The notes below the pieces were generated by a model, which was not told the DNA's origin, ran no database searches, and saw nothing but the letters and a program-made list of their open reading frames with translations. From contig JAVLKG010000003.1 of the NCBI GenBank assembly GCA_032128875.1, forward strand, positions 193,008 through 257,007: a DNA stretch of 64,000 nucleotides, written 5' to 3'. Below are positions 29,288 through 38,270 of this stretch, in pieces (the first letter of the stretch is position 1; each line of letters starts with the position of its first letter). This stretch comes from Candidatus Melainabacteria bacterium 17Bon1m. Lineage in GTDB: Bacteria; Cyanobacteriota; Vampirovibrionia; Obscuribacterales; Obscuribacteraceae. The translations under genes were made by a program, and so were the position numbers.

Positions 29288-30253
29288 ATGACCTTTCTCG
29301 AACCATACTATCTCGTCTTGATCGCGCTGCTCGTACCAATCTTGTGGTTGGGGGCAAAACGCAGAAACTCGCTCGGACACTCGCAAGTGAACATCCACAT
29401 GCGGGTGATCGGCTTTTCTGTCTTGCGTCAGGCTCCATGGTTTATCTTCGCTCTGTTTTGGATCGCTGCGTGTGCAGCGCTCGCTCGACCCGTCTTGCCG
29501 CAAGTTGCGGAAAGGCAGACAATCGAGACGCGTGACATTGTGATTCAGACGGACATCTCTGGCTCGATGAGTGATCCGGTGGAAGGTAGTCGGCAATGGC
29601 CGCCACCGGCGCCTGGAACTTCTCAGACACCCACACGTATCGCAGCTGCAAGAGCCGCGGTGATCGACTTTGTGCAACATCGCGAAGGAGATCGCGTCGC
29701 TCTGCTATTTTTCAACGACGAGTCGTTCTATGGCTGGCCTCTCAGTCGCGACCTCGCCGTTGTGCTTCGTCGAGTTAGTGACATAGAGCGCTACGTCACC
29801 GGCGGCACCAACTTTGACAGTCCGCGTGGGGCTATTCAGGGCGCGATCGATCACTTTCGCGAAATGAGCGACGCGCAATCGCGAGTGCTGATTCTCGTCA
29901 CTGACGGGGAAGCTTCTATGGACCACCAGCGCTCTCAAGAATTAGTTCGGCAAATCGCCGAGCTGAATATTCGGGTCTATGTTCTGGGCGTCGGACCCGG
30001 CTGGGTCAACAACTCTGCGATGACGCGCGATTTGCGGCGCGTTGTCGAAACCGTAAACGGCACTATCATCCCCGTCGGCAACGACGCAGAGATGCGTGCC
30101 GCCTTCGATACCATCAATCAACTCGAGCGCTCTTCGGTACAGATCGAGCGCTCCGTAACCCATCTCGAAATCTACGGGCTCTTCGCCATTGCCGCCGCAA
30201 TTCTGCTGCTGTGCTATCTGGCAATTGGTGCCCTGATTCTCGAAGATGCATGA
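29288..30253 (+). CDS. Membrane-anchored VWA protein (BatA/MxaC-like)
   Basis: MTFLEP N-terminus, ALARP, MIDAS DISGS, GDRVAL, LVTDGE, C-terminal TM; GGAGG SD. Confidence 0.88.
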   Translation: MTFLEPYYLVLIALLVPILWLGAKRRNSLGHSQVNIHMRVIGFSVLRQAPWFIFALFWIAACAALARPVLPQVAERQTIETRDIVIQTDISGSMSDPVEGSRQWPPPAPGTSQTPTRIAAARAAVIDFVQHREGDRVALLFFNDESFYGWPLSRDLAVVLRRVSDIERYVTGGTNFDSPRGAIQGAIDHFREMSDAQSRVLILVTDGEASMDHQRSQELVRQIAELNIRVYVLGVGPGWVNNSAMTRDLRRVVETVNGTIIPVGNDAEMRAAFDTINQLERSSVQIERSVTHLEIYGLFAIAAAILLLCYLAIGALILEDA

Positions 30254-30263
30254 GGAGACTTCG

Positions 30264-30842
30264 ATGAAGATGAGCAGAAAGACCAGGGTTTTAGCCTGGG
30301 CAACAATGATTGGTTTGGGCGCGCAGCTGACAATATACGGCGTCAACATGGCGCAGTGGCGCAGCGAGCAGATCGACTTCTTTAATGCGGGCGTGTCCGC
30401 CTATCAGGAGGGGAACGCCGAGAATGCAGTCGAGTTTTTCGATCGCAGTCTCAGTGCTTATCAGCGCACGCTCAGCGCACCTTGGATGGAGCGCTTCGCC
30501 TATCCTCGGGCGGATGTAGAACTCGCTGCACGTGCCGCTTTCCTTAAGGGCATGGCGCACATTCGCTCTCAGCAGGCGGAGCCGGCGGTGGCTGCTCTGC
30601 GGCACTCTCTTCGGTTGAATCCCGGCAGAATGAATGCCTATTACGCTGCGGACGGCGACCGATTGAGCGAATTGTCGATGTTCGCTCGCTTCAATTTGGA
30701 GCTGCTTTTCAATCAGCGCCCGGATCTGGCTTATGCACAGGGCGCCGGTCGCAATGCGTCCGAAGGAGGACCGGACGCACAGCGTTTACCGGGGCAAAAC
30801 CCAGGCAACATGCCTGGTCCCGGTAATCGCGATGACCTATGA
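30264..30842 (+). CDS. Membrane-anchored TPR protein (BatC/MxaK-like)
   Basis: N-terminal TM, FNAGVSAYQEG, SLRLNP, ARFNLELL; GAGGAG SD. Confidence 0.8.
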   Translation: MKMSRKTRVLAWATMIGLGAQLTIYGVNMAQWRSEQIDFFNAGVSAYQEGNAENAVEFFDRSLSAYQRTLSAPWMERFAYPRADVELAARAAFLKGMAHIRSQQAEPAVAALRHSLRLNPGRMNAYYAADGDRLSELSMFARFNLELLFNQRPDLAYAQGAGRNASEGGPDAQRLPGQNPGNMPGPGNRDDL

Positions 30843-30854
30843 GGAGTAAATGTC

Positions 30855-31928
30855 ATGTTCGGCATTACTTTTCAAACGCCCCTGTTCATCGGCGGTGCGT
30901 TATTGCTGTCCGTGGTCGCCTCGATCTTTTGGTGGCTCGGATTTCGAGCGCGACAGGCTGCCCGTGCTGCATACGGAGAGGCTGTCCTGGTAAATCGTTA
31001 CAGCTCACCACTCAACCCGCGCAAGGAGGTGCTCTTTCTTTCCGGCTACACGGCAACCATGCTTCTACTGGGAATAGCCGCCGCCGGTCCGGTAATGCAG
31101 GGCTCTCCGGTATCGGTCAGCGCCGGCGCAATCGATGTCGTCGTTGTCACTGACGTTTCTCCAAGCATGGCGAGTGAGGAATATCGCTCGTTTATGCCCA
31201 GTCGCGATGGGGTGGAACCGTCACAGGTGCGAGGCGCGTACGGCAGCAGGCTCGATTTTGTGAAACACACGATCGAGTCGCGCATTATGGCTGCACTCTC
31301 CAACAACCGGCTGGGCATCGTCACTTATTCCGGGCTTGGTTTTACTCAGGCAGAACTCACGCACGATCACCCGTCGTTGCGATGGATTCTCCGGCATTGG
31401 ATGCCGATTGGTGGTGCCCCCGGCAATGGCTCGGATTTTGCTTCCGGTCTCAGAGAAGCGCTGATGCTGTATGGTGATGAGGCGCGCGAACGCGTGATTA
31501 TCCTCTTTTCCGACGGTGGGTTTACCGGAAGCAGAGACGATCTGCGCCAGGTCGTTGCAGAACTCGAGCGACTCGGAGTGCGCCTGGTGATTGTGGGAGT
31601 CGGCAGTGACGAACCGTCTCCGATTCCGCAGTACTCTTCTCTGGGGGAGTTGCGCGGCAATCTCCTGCGAAACGGGCGACCTGTGCTCACTCACTTCGAG
31701 GAGGAGCCGTTACTCGCTTTGCGTGCTGCGACAAACGGTGAGTACATTCGAATGGCGCCCGGTGACGCGCTGAATATTCGCTGGGCTAATGTGCTTGCCG
31801 GAGAAAGAGTGGAAATGGGAGAGAGGCATCTCTTCGCATTTCCTCTCTCGGCGGCACTCTTGCTGTTGTGTCTTTTGCAGATGCGCGGCATCTTCCGCAA
31901 GACCGAATCAATGAAGGAGAATAGCTAA
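30855..31928 (+). CDS. Membrane-anchored VWA protein (BatB/MxaL-like)
   Basis: DVSPSM MIDAS, SRLD, LFSDGG, VGVGS; N- and C-terminal TMs. Confidence 0.88.
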   Translation: MFGITFQTPLFIGGALLLSVVASIFWWLGFRARQAARAAYGEAVLVNRYSSPLNPRKEVLFLSGYTATMLLLGIAAAGPVMQGSPVSVSAGAIDVVVVTDVSPSMASEEYRSFMPSRDGVEPSQVRGAYGSRLDFVKHTIESRIMAALSNNRLGIVTYSGLGFTQAELTHDHPSLRWILRHWMPIGGAPGNGSDFASGLREALMLYGDEARERVIILFSDGGFTGSRDDLRQVVAELERLGVRLVIVGVGSDEPSPIPQYSSLGELRGNLLRNGRPVLTHFEEEPLLALRAATNGEYIRMAPGDALNIRWANVLAGERVEMGERHLFAFPLSAALLLLCLLQMRGIFRKTESMKENS

Positions 31929-33214
31929 TGTACGAGCGTTGTCGACAAACTCTGCTCTGCTTGCTTTCCGGACTGGCGCTTGCAGTGATACTGTGCGCGG
32001 TGCCGGTCGTCGTGTCTGTTTCTGCGCAGCCGATGCAACCCGGAACTCAACCTGGTGGTCCTGTGCCAGGGGTGCAACCGGGAATTCAACCTGGTGGTCC
32101 TGTGACAGGGGTGCAGCCGGGAATTCAACCTGGTGGTCCTGTGCCAGGGATGCAACCCGGAACTCAGCCGAGCCCATCTCGTGCTCCGGCAGACGTACGT
32201 ACGTCTGCGCAACTTGTGCCTGGCGTGGCGCTTGGTGATTGTGGTGATGTGACAGAAGCGATGGTCCGCACCTACTTTGCTGGTCGGAGTCCTGCCCGTC
32301 CACCCAATCCCGCGACCAAAGCGTGTGAAGGTGGACGCATCCAAATGCGCGTCGAGGCTGCTCGGCACTTCGGTAATCGCATCATGGATCCTGTTCGCGT
32401 GACGGTTTTGCTCAATTTCGAGCCGACTACGATCATCGACCTTGACTCGCTGCGGAGAGGAACCCTCACTTTCAACGGACAGGAGTTCGATCTGGTTTGG
32501 CCGACTGCGCTGCTCTCCGGTCAGTCGCCCGTCAATGTTGAGATGCGGCATATGCGCAATGGCAGCGTTTTGCTGAAGATAGACCTTCTTCTGCAGAGTT
32601 CTGTTCCATCATCGGTGGCACCGTATTTGGTGTTTCGTTTGGACCTTCGCTATGCGATGGGCAACATTCGTGACGCTCAGGGGCAAGCAACGACATCTCC
32701 CGATTGGCGTGTTCTCTCGACACCGCTTCTTGGGTTGACCTTGTCACCAACCGCTACAGCCGGCGATCAATTCCGCGATTTCGCAGTTGAGCCTGTTCCG
32801 CAAGTCATGCCGTGGCCGACTTTGTGGTTGCTCATCGTGGGTATTGCTTCGGTGCTGTTCCTTCCCGGGCTTGTGGTTGTGCGATGGATCAATCGCCTTC
32901 GTCCGGGTCGGCAGGTTTCCCGCGAGGAAATCGCATGGCGCACAATCGACGCAGTGAACGCGTCAGCGAGAGAGAGCGATGGCTATCACAAGCCGCACTT
33001 TCGGCGTATTGCGGATGCTGTCCGTGCATATTTCGGACTGCGGTCGGCAACGATCTCCGAGGTGCAATCGCGTCTTTCAACACATCCGCATCTTGCGGAC
33101 ATTGTGGATGTACTTCGCTCATGTGACGGCATTCTGTTCGAAGATGGCGCCATCAATCAGCGCGAGGTGCAAGCACTTCGACGCAAGCTGGAGTTGATCA
33201 TCCCTCGTCCGTGA
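31928..33214 (+). CDS. Exported/membrane protein (MxaA/BatD-like)
   Basis: Signal peptide, Pro/Gly/Gln repeats, RHFGNRIMDPV segment, C-terminal TM plus helical tail. Confidence 0.7.
   Translation: MYERCRQTLLCLLSGLALAVILCAVPVVVSVSAQPMQPGTQPGGPVPGVQPGIQPGGPVTGVQPGIQPGGPVPGMQPGTQPSPSRAPADVRTSAQLVPGVALGDCGDVTEAMVRTYFAGRSPARPPNPATKACEGGRIQMRVEAARHFGNRIMDPVRVTVLLNFEPTTIIDLDSLRRGTLTFNGQEFDLVWPTALLSGQSPVNVEMRHMRNGSVLLKIDLLLQSSVPSSVAPYLVFRLDLRYAMGNIRDAQGQATTSPDWRVLSTPLLGLTLSPTATAGDQFRDFAVEPVPQVMPWPTLWLLIVGIASVLFLPGLVVVRWINRLRPGRQVSREEIAWRTIDAVNASARESDGYHKPHFRRIADAVRAYFGLRSATISEVQSRLSTHPHLADIVDVLRSCDGILFEDGAINQREVQALRRKLELIIPRP
32033..32170 (+). repeat. 36-bp coding tandem repeat, three full copies and one partial
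   Basis: Encodes (M/V)QPG(T/I)QPGGPV(P/T)G. Confidence 0.9.
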
Positions 33215-33227
33215 TTATCTGTCCGGT

Positions 33228-33269
33228 CGTGAAGTCCTCGGCAGTCTCTTCTGCAGAGGACTTCACGAC
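33228..33269 (+). terminator. Hairpin after the VWA operon
   Basis: cgtgaagtcctc...gaggacttcacg inverted repeat. Confidence 0.55.
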
Positions 33270-33316
33270 TTCACCAATGAAAAGACCGGAGCACTGTCTC
33301 TGGCATTGCGAAGCGA

Positions 33317-33400
33317 AGGGGCGACGCCATGCGTCGCCCTATACGCGTAGTGGCGCATTGCATGCGCCTTTCGCGCGGCCTGTATTAATGCCGCCCCTAC
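33317..33400. repeat. GTAG-type REP cluster
   Basis: gggcgacgccatgcgtcgccc, gtagtggcgcattgcatgcgcc, and gccgcccctac end. Confidence 0.8.
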
Positions 33401-33700
33401 GGAAAATCGCGCAACATTCGCAGCACCTTCTTTTGGAATTTGGCGTCAATTCTGAAACAACACAGGGCATCAACCCTGTTTGCTGAGTTCATATTTCCTT
33501 GCGCATGCGATACGAAAAGAGATAGTAGAGTTCTTTGTCCGCTCCCGTCAGGGTTTGCTCAATTTAAAGGACAGCGGCGTGGAAGAGCACTGGTAGTGAA
33601 ACAATGAACAGGTGAATCTGGTTCGGAAGAGGATTGCAATCAGAGTTATGCACGCCCAGAGCATGCCCTGATTTATTGGTGTAGAGAATAAGATCAACTA

Positions 33701-34471
33701 ATGACTAAGATTAGTACAGCTGAGTTATCGTCGCGCGAATCACTTAGACGTGAGTGCCTGATTAATAGGCCGTTCGGACAAGAAAGCTATCTGGAGTCAA
33801 TTGCGAAGACAGCGGCTCTCAAAGAAATAGAGTTGGGTGGCACTAAATGTGGCTATGTGCTTGTCAAAGACGAATGTATTGTCGAATTCTTTCTTTTCCC
33901 AAGCTGCGAAGCTAAAGTCCGCGAAGTGATGGTTGCGGTTGTTGAAACCACCGGCGCAAAAACAGCCCTTTGCCAGTCATTCGATGTTCCTCTAAGAGCT
34001 GCTTGTGAAGGGTTTTCTTGGGATTCAAAACCTGTCGGTTTTCTGTTTCGCGAATTCGACAAGTCCCTTTTAGGTTCCAACTTGATTGCCAAATTGGCTA
34101 ATCAATCTCAAATACCTGAGGTATTGTCGATTCATGACGGTTTTTTTGATGACGAGGATGAGATTTGTTTTTACCTCCAGCAAAACGCTAGACTTTTCAT
34201 ATATCGGCACGGTGAGACTCCAGTAGCATGCGGCATCGTCAAACAAGTAGTTGAATGTCGCAATGATTATGATGTTGGTATGGTGGTGGCACCAAATGAA
34301 AGGGGGAAGGGCTATGGAGCTCAGGTCGTCAACCATCTGAAGCATTTCTGTATTGCTCAAGGATGGAATCCCATCGCAGGTTGTAGTGTGGATAATCCTG
34401 CCTCTAAGCGCAGCTTGGAACGCGCTGGTTTCGTCAGCAAACATCAACTCATAAAATTTACTCGTAGCTGA
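33701..34471 (+). CDS. GNAT-family N-acetyltransferase
   Basis: VGMVVAPNERGKGYG and NPASKRSLERAGF. Confidence 0.88.
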   Translation: MTKISTAELSSRESLRRECLINRPFGQESYLESIAKTAALKEIELGGTKCGYVLVKDECIVEFFLFPSCEAKVREVMVAVVETTGAKTALCQSFDVPLRAACEGFSWDSKPVGFLFREFDKSLLGSNLIAKLANQSQIPEVLSIHDGFFDDEDEICFYLQQNARLFIYRHGETPVACGIVKQVVECRNDYDVGMVVAPNERGKGYGAQVVNHLKHFCIAQGWNPIAGCSVDNPASKRSLERAGFVSKHQLIKFTRS

Positions 34472-34537
34472 GTTCGTTGCGAATCGGGTGAATGATGTTT
34501 GTATTTCTCTGAAGAAACATACCTGGTATAAAGCGTG

Positions 34538-34650
34538 AATAAACGGCGAAGCCGTCGCTTCGCAGCGCCGGCTCACCTCCCTTTCTTTCCTTTGCAAAAC
34601 CTTTTGCTTAGCGCTTGCGAGTCGCGTTTCGCATCACGCAATCAATCCGT
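34538..34650 (-). ncRNA. Candidate small structured RNA
   Basis: Follows a conserved box plus -10; no conventional ORF; ends in hairpin GGUGAGCCG-G-CGCU-GCGA-AGCG-A-CGGCUUCGCC followed by GUUUAUU. Confidence 0.45.
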
Positions 34651-34656
34651 ATAAAC

Positions 34657-34689
34657 AGAATAGGCATCGAAGCTGACACCTAGTTGACA
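34657..34689 (-). promoter_or_regulatory. Tandem-box promoter, copy 1
   Basis: Minus strand TGTCA actagg TGTCA + 11 nt + TATTCT. Confidence 0.75.
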
Positions 34690-34729
34690 CCATATCCGGC
34701 ACTACGAAGTTTATCTCTCCGCATGCGAA

Positions 34730-34757
34730 TAACCGAGGCAGTAGCCTGCCCCGGTTA
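34730..34757 (-). terminator. Terminator-like hairpin after the LysM gene
   Basis: taaccgaggca-gtagcc-tgccccggtta inverted repeat. Confidence 0.6.
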
Positions 34758-34823
34758 TATCCCCTGCTGAGAAATCCGTTTGTTGTTAGTTACTCTTTAT
34801 TAGTTGTGCGTTGTTCTACGATG

Positions 34824-35870
34824 TCACTGGCGGCGCGTGACCCAGCCTGTAACTCTGCCGGTTCTGTCTGTGGCAATCACATGATTGTTGCCATCGCCGG
34901 TGGCGATTGTAGTTGTGTAATTACCAGTGCGCGGATCCATTACCGTTTCTGCAGAGCGCACACCTTGCAACTGACGTGTTCCGTATTGATCGCGAACATT
35001 CATGTCGATGCCTTCGCCGCTGTAGCGGACGTTAGAGCGAACGATTTCGCCTGTTCTGCGATCGGTCTCTTGCATCACTTGCGCTGTCGGCGGGCTGCTG
35101 AATAGGTAAGTGCCGTTTCTGACCGGAGCTTCGTATGTTCTCACATTGCGTTCACCGGCGGGCGCAGTGTAATCGTTCGTGCGTTCTCCTTCCCTCCAGC
35201 GAGCGCCGTTCTCGCGTCCTGGTTCAACCTGACCGGGCAATCGCATCGGGTGGTAATTTTCAGCACTCGGAGTCAGACCTGGATTGGTATCACCGACGCC
35301 GCGAGAAGCTTCCGGGCGTGCCCGGTCTCTAATCGATGGAATTGTCAGCTCTGTTCCGACGCGCACATTGTTGGTGTCGCGCAGGCGGTTGGCTTGACCG
35401 ATTGCTTGAACCTGTTCGTGAATGTCCCGGAGTGACGGTTCAGAGCCAGTTTCTGCTCTCAGTCGTTGGCGTGCGATGTGCGACAGCGTGTCGCCGGGAC
35501 GAATTGTGTAACGTGTCGATCCGTCACCCTGATCTCTAAAGTCACGTTCGCCATTCGGTGTGACGCGACCTTCCGGAGTGCGGCGTTCTGACACGACAGC
35601 GCCGGTTCTGCCATCACGAACTTGTTCGCTGCGACCATCTGAGCTGCGCGTGATCAACTGTCCGTTGTTTGCACCCATAATTTGAATGTCGTCATTGCCT
35701 GCAAATCCAAGGCGGCGCATGTCGACGCGATCGTTGATTGCCTGACGTTCGCGCGCCCACGATGCGGGGTTGCGCTGCAGTTCTTCGACCTGCCTTGTGA
35801 TGGCGCTGATGTCTCGTCCATCTGTTCTTTCGAGTGCTGTTGCAACTCTGTCCACTTCTTGGTTTCGCAT
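34824..35870 (-). CDS. LysM-domain protein, lysine-free, paralogue A
   Basis: YTIRPGDTLSHIAR...ANRLRDTNNVRVGTELTIP LysM; AGGAG SD; no signal peptide. Confidence 0.88.
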   Translation of the reverse strand: MRNQEVDRVATALERTDGRDISAITRQVEELQRNPASWARERQAINDRVDMRRLGFAGNDDIQIMGANNGQLITRSSDGRSEQVRDGRTGAVVSERRTPEGRVTPNGERDFRDQGDGSTRYTIRPGDTLSHIARQRLRAETGSEPSLRDIHEQVQAIGQANRLRDTNNVRVGTELTIPSIRDRARPEASRGVGDTNPGLTPSAENYHPMRLPGQVEPGRENGARWREGERTNDYTAPAGERNVRTYEAPVRNGTYLFSSPPTAQVMQETDRRTGEIVRSNVRYSGEGIDMNVRDQYGTRQLQGVRSAETVMDPRTGNYTTTIATGDGNNHVIATDRTGRVTGWVTRRQ

Positions 35871-35989
35871 TTGTGACTCTCCTGGTAAATAACTGCCGAG
35901 TGGCTTTCTATGGGGATGTCGGGGTGAGTAGGATCAGCGAACATGTAAGTTGTTCGCTTAGATTGCTGGGGGAAGTGCTTTCGATTATG

Positions 35990-36022
35990 AGATTATCATC
36001 GGTAGTTGCCACCAAGATGACA
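35990..36022 (-). promoter_or_regulatory. Tandem-box promoter, copy 2
   Basis: Minus strand TGTCA tcttgg TGGCA + 11 nt + TAATCT. Confidence 0.8.
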
Positions 36023-36080
36023 TGACCGAAAGCAGCTTCCTGCAACCTTTCTATGTTTCCCTGCGCTGCGTCTGCGCTCC

Positions 36081-37190
36081 TTAACGCGATTCGTAGTTGG
36101 TCACGCGACCCGATCTGCCGTCGGTGCGGAAGGTGTGACGACGTCCGCTTTGCTCGACAATCTCGGTTGTGTAGTTACCGTCTTGTCCGCGAGTCGTCGT
36201 TGCTGTGCGCGGTTCTGCAATGACCACATCATTGCGTCCACCGGCTCCTTGTGGAACCTGAACACGAATCGGTTCTACAATTTCCGGATACGTTACTTGT
36301 GAGCGAACGACATTACCTTGCCTGTCGAGAATGCGTTCAACACTGGATGGTGCAAATCCATTTCCTCCAACCGTCACTTGGTACTGTTGTCTAGTGGAGC
36401 CGTCCGGCAATTGTGTTTGACGCACGGACGCTGGATTTAGCCTTTCTTCGGGCAAACCACTGGTAGTGTTGTCGCGACCCGAGCCTGTTCTTCTAATTGT
36501 TTCTTGTCTCGCTGCTCCCGGCTCCGTGTTGAGTCCTGGGACAATCAACGGATGGCTGACATTGCGTGGTAATTCTTGTGCCTGACGTTGCAGGTCTGCT
36601 TGTCTCAGTGGCTGGACTTGTTCGCGCTGTGGTGTGCCGGCGGGCGGAGTTGCTTCAGGTGCGCGTTCTCCCGGTCGTGGGACGCGGATTTCTTGACCCG
36701 GGCGAATGCGATTAGGGTCTTGGATGCCGTTTAGCCTGGCAAGTTCTCTGTAATCGTTAGTAATTTCCTGCGGAGTAGGTGTGCGCCCGTGCTGAGCGGC
36801 CATGCGCTCCCTGGAGATACTCCAGAGCGTGTCACCTGGTCTAACTGAATAACGGGCGGTTCCATCTGGCTGTTGCTGAAACTCGCGCGGCGCTTGCGCT
36901 GAAACTATTTCAAAGGTTCGGCCATCTCTTTCGACGCGACGTCCGTCTGGATTTCTTGTTTGGACTCTGCCACCTTGCCCAAGACCAGTGATCTCGAAGT
37001 CGACGTTATCGGGAAAACCAAGTGCACGCATATCAACACGCTCATTGAGCGCGCGCAAATTCTGTGCAAACGCGCGAGGGTTTTCTCTCTGCATTTGCTG
37101 CAGTTCGGCCGTAACAGCTGAGAAGTCTTGACCCTGGCGGGTGTTTTCCAGGCGTCGTGTAACGTTTTCGAGTGGTTGTTCGGGAGGCAT
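36081..37190 (-). CDS. LysM-domain protein, lysine-free, paralogue B
   Basis: YSVRPGDTLWSISR...LNGIQDPNRIRPGQEIRVP LysM; AAGGAG SD; shares N(D/E)RVDMR.LGF and VRS.V.Y / GNYTT.I segments with paralogue A. Confidence 0.88.
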   Translation of the reverse strand: MPPEQPLENVTRRLENTRQGQDFSAVTAELQQMQRENPRAFAQNLRALNERVDMRALGFPDNVDFEITGLGQGGRVQTRNPDGRRVERDGRTFEIVSAQAPREFQQQPDGTARYSVRPGDTLWSISRERMAAQHGRTPTPQEITNDYRELARLNGIQDPNRIRPGQEIRVPRPGERAPEATPPAGTPQREQVQPLRQADLQRQAQELPRNVSHPLIVPGLNTEPGAARQETIRRTGSGRDNTTSGLPEERLNPASVRQTQLPDGSTRQQYQVTVGGNGFAPSSVERILDRQGNVVRSQVTYPEIVEPIRVQVPQGAGGRNDVVIAEPRTATTTRGQDGNYTTEIVEQSGRRHTFRTDGRSGRVTNYESR

Positions 37191-37296
37191 TAGCGATACT
37201 CCTTTAGGAACGTGAAAGCGGCAGCCTCACTCGAACTGACTCGATGTGTGAGATGCGCTGTAACAGGGGAGAGAGATAAAGAACTTCGATGCCTAA

Positions 37297-37329
37297 AGAT
37301 TACTGTTTGAAGTTGCCACCAAGTTGACA
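37297..37329 (-). promoter_or_regulatory. Tandem-box promoter, copy 3
   Basis: Minus strand TGTCA acttgg TGGCA + 11 nt + TAATCT. Confidence 0.8.
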
Positions 37330-37434
37330 TGGAAAGGGTTGGCGAAGAAAAACTCTCACCACACCAAAAAGAAGAGACGGGTCGCTGGGTCCATCTCTCC
37401 TATTGGCTGGTGCATTGGGCTGTCGAACAAAGCT

Positions 37435-38223
37435 TTAGAACTTTTCGCTGAGGGTTCGCGAGAAGGTCGGATTAATTGGCAGCCTGATGCGTGAAGGTGC
37501 ACCTAGCTGCTCGCTGCGCGCGGCAATGCTTTCAGGGCTGATATAGCGCCCTTCATCGCCGTTCCACAGGAAGTTGGCAATCGTATTGAAGAATCCATTG
37601 CTGTTGGCTAAAGCGGGCGCATCATTTAATAGCGTCCTTATCGCTGCGTGCTGTTGCTTGTTGAAATACTCTGGGTTTTGTCCGGCCGCCTCACGCAAGG
37701 CGCCAACCTGAATTTGGTTGTTGTCTGCGACACCGTCTGGATTTATCTTCCTCATCATCGCGACTAGATCATCATATTGTTTCGCCGCAGCTTGCGTACT
37801 GCGTGCCTCCGGCATCAAGCCATCTTTGATGCCGGCACGAACTTCGTCGCGTGTGATGTGGTCACGATTGGTTGCGGTCATGTAATCGAGAGCTCGTTGT
37901 GCTCCCATCACAGCCAAATTGTCGCGCGTCGATTCCGGCTGGCGTTGCTGGTTTCGGATGTAGCTAGTAAGTTCGTCGCGTTCGACAACACCGTTGCCGT
38001 TTCCACCTAAATCGATGCGGTTAAACCGCTGGTTAAGCGTTTCAATCATCAAACCACCAACCAGACCTTGCTCTTGCATTTGACGGGATTGGGCAACGAT
38101 TCTCTCCGCAGCAGAGCCAGGCGCCGCCGGCTGAGCGTAACTCATGGCGGCTAAAGACGCCCACGCGTCGCTGGATGCTGGAGGTGCAGCGCAGTCCTCC
38201 TGGATGTCCTTAAATTTGCTCAT
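37435..38223 (-). CDS. Hypothetical protein with EF-hand-like loop
   Basis: FNRIDLGGNGNGVVERDEL; GAGGAG SD. Confidence 0.75.
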   Translation of the reverse strand: MSKFKDIQEDCAAPPASSDAWASLAAMSYAQPAAPGSAAERIVAQSRQMQEQGLVGGLMIETLNQRFNRIDLGGNGNGVVERDELTSYIRNQQRQPESTRDNLAVMGAQRALDYMTATNRDHITRDEVRAGIKDGLMPEARSTQAAAKQYDDLVAMMRKINPDGVADNNQIQVGALREAAGQNPEYFNKQQHAAIRTLLNDAPALANSNGFFNTIANFLWNGDEGRYISPESIAARSEQLGAPSRIRLPINPTFSRTLSEKF

Positions 38224-38270
38224 CAAATCTCCTCTCAGCGCGAGCTGAAAAACAAGCGAGTGTTCTTGAA

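Noticed and set aside
32033-32170. 36-bp repeats as a CRISPR array
   Set aside because: No spacers, in-frame coding repeat, no cas genes
33211-33486. 91-aa ORF after the VWA operon
   Set aside because: Spans a terminator hairpin and REP cluster; no protein-like features
34070-34597. 175-aa minus-strand ORF downstream of promoter copy 1
   Set aside because: TTG start with poor SD, mostly antisense to the GNAT gene, and runs through a terminator-like hairpin
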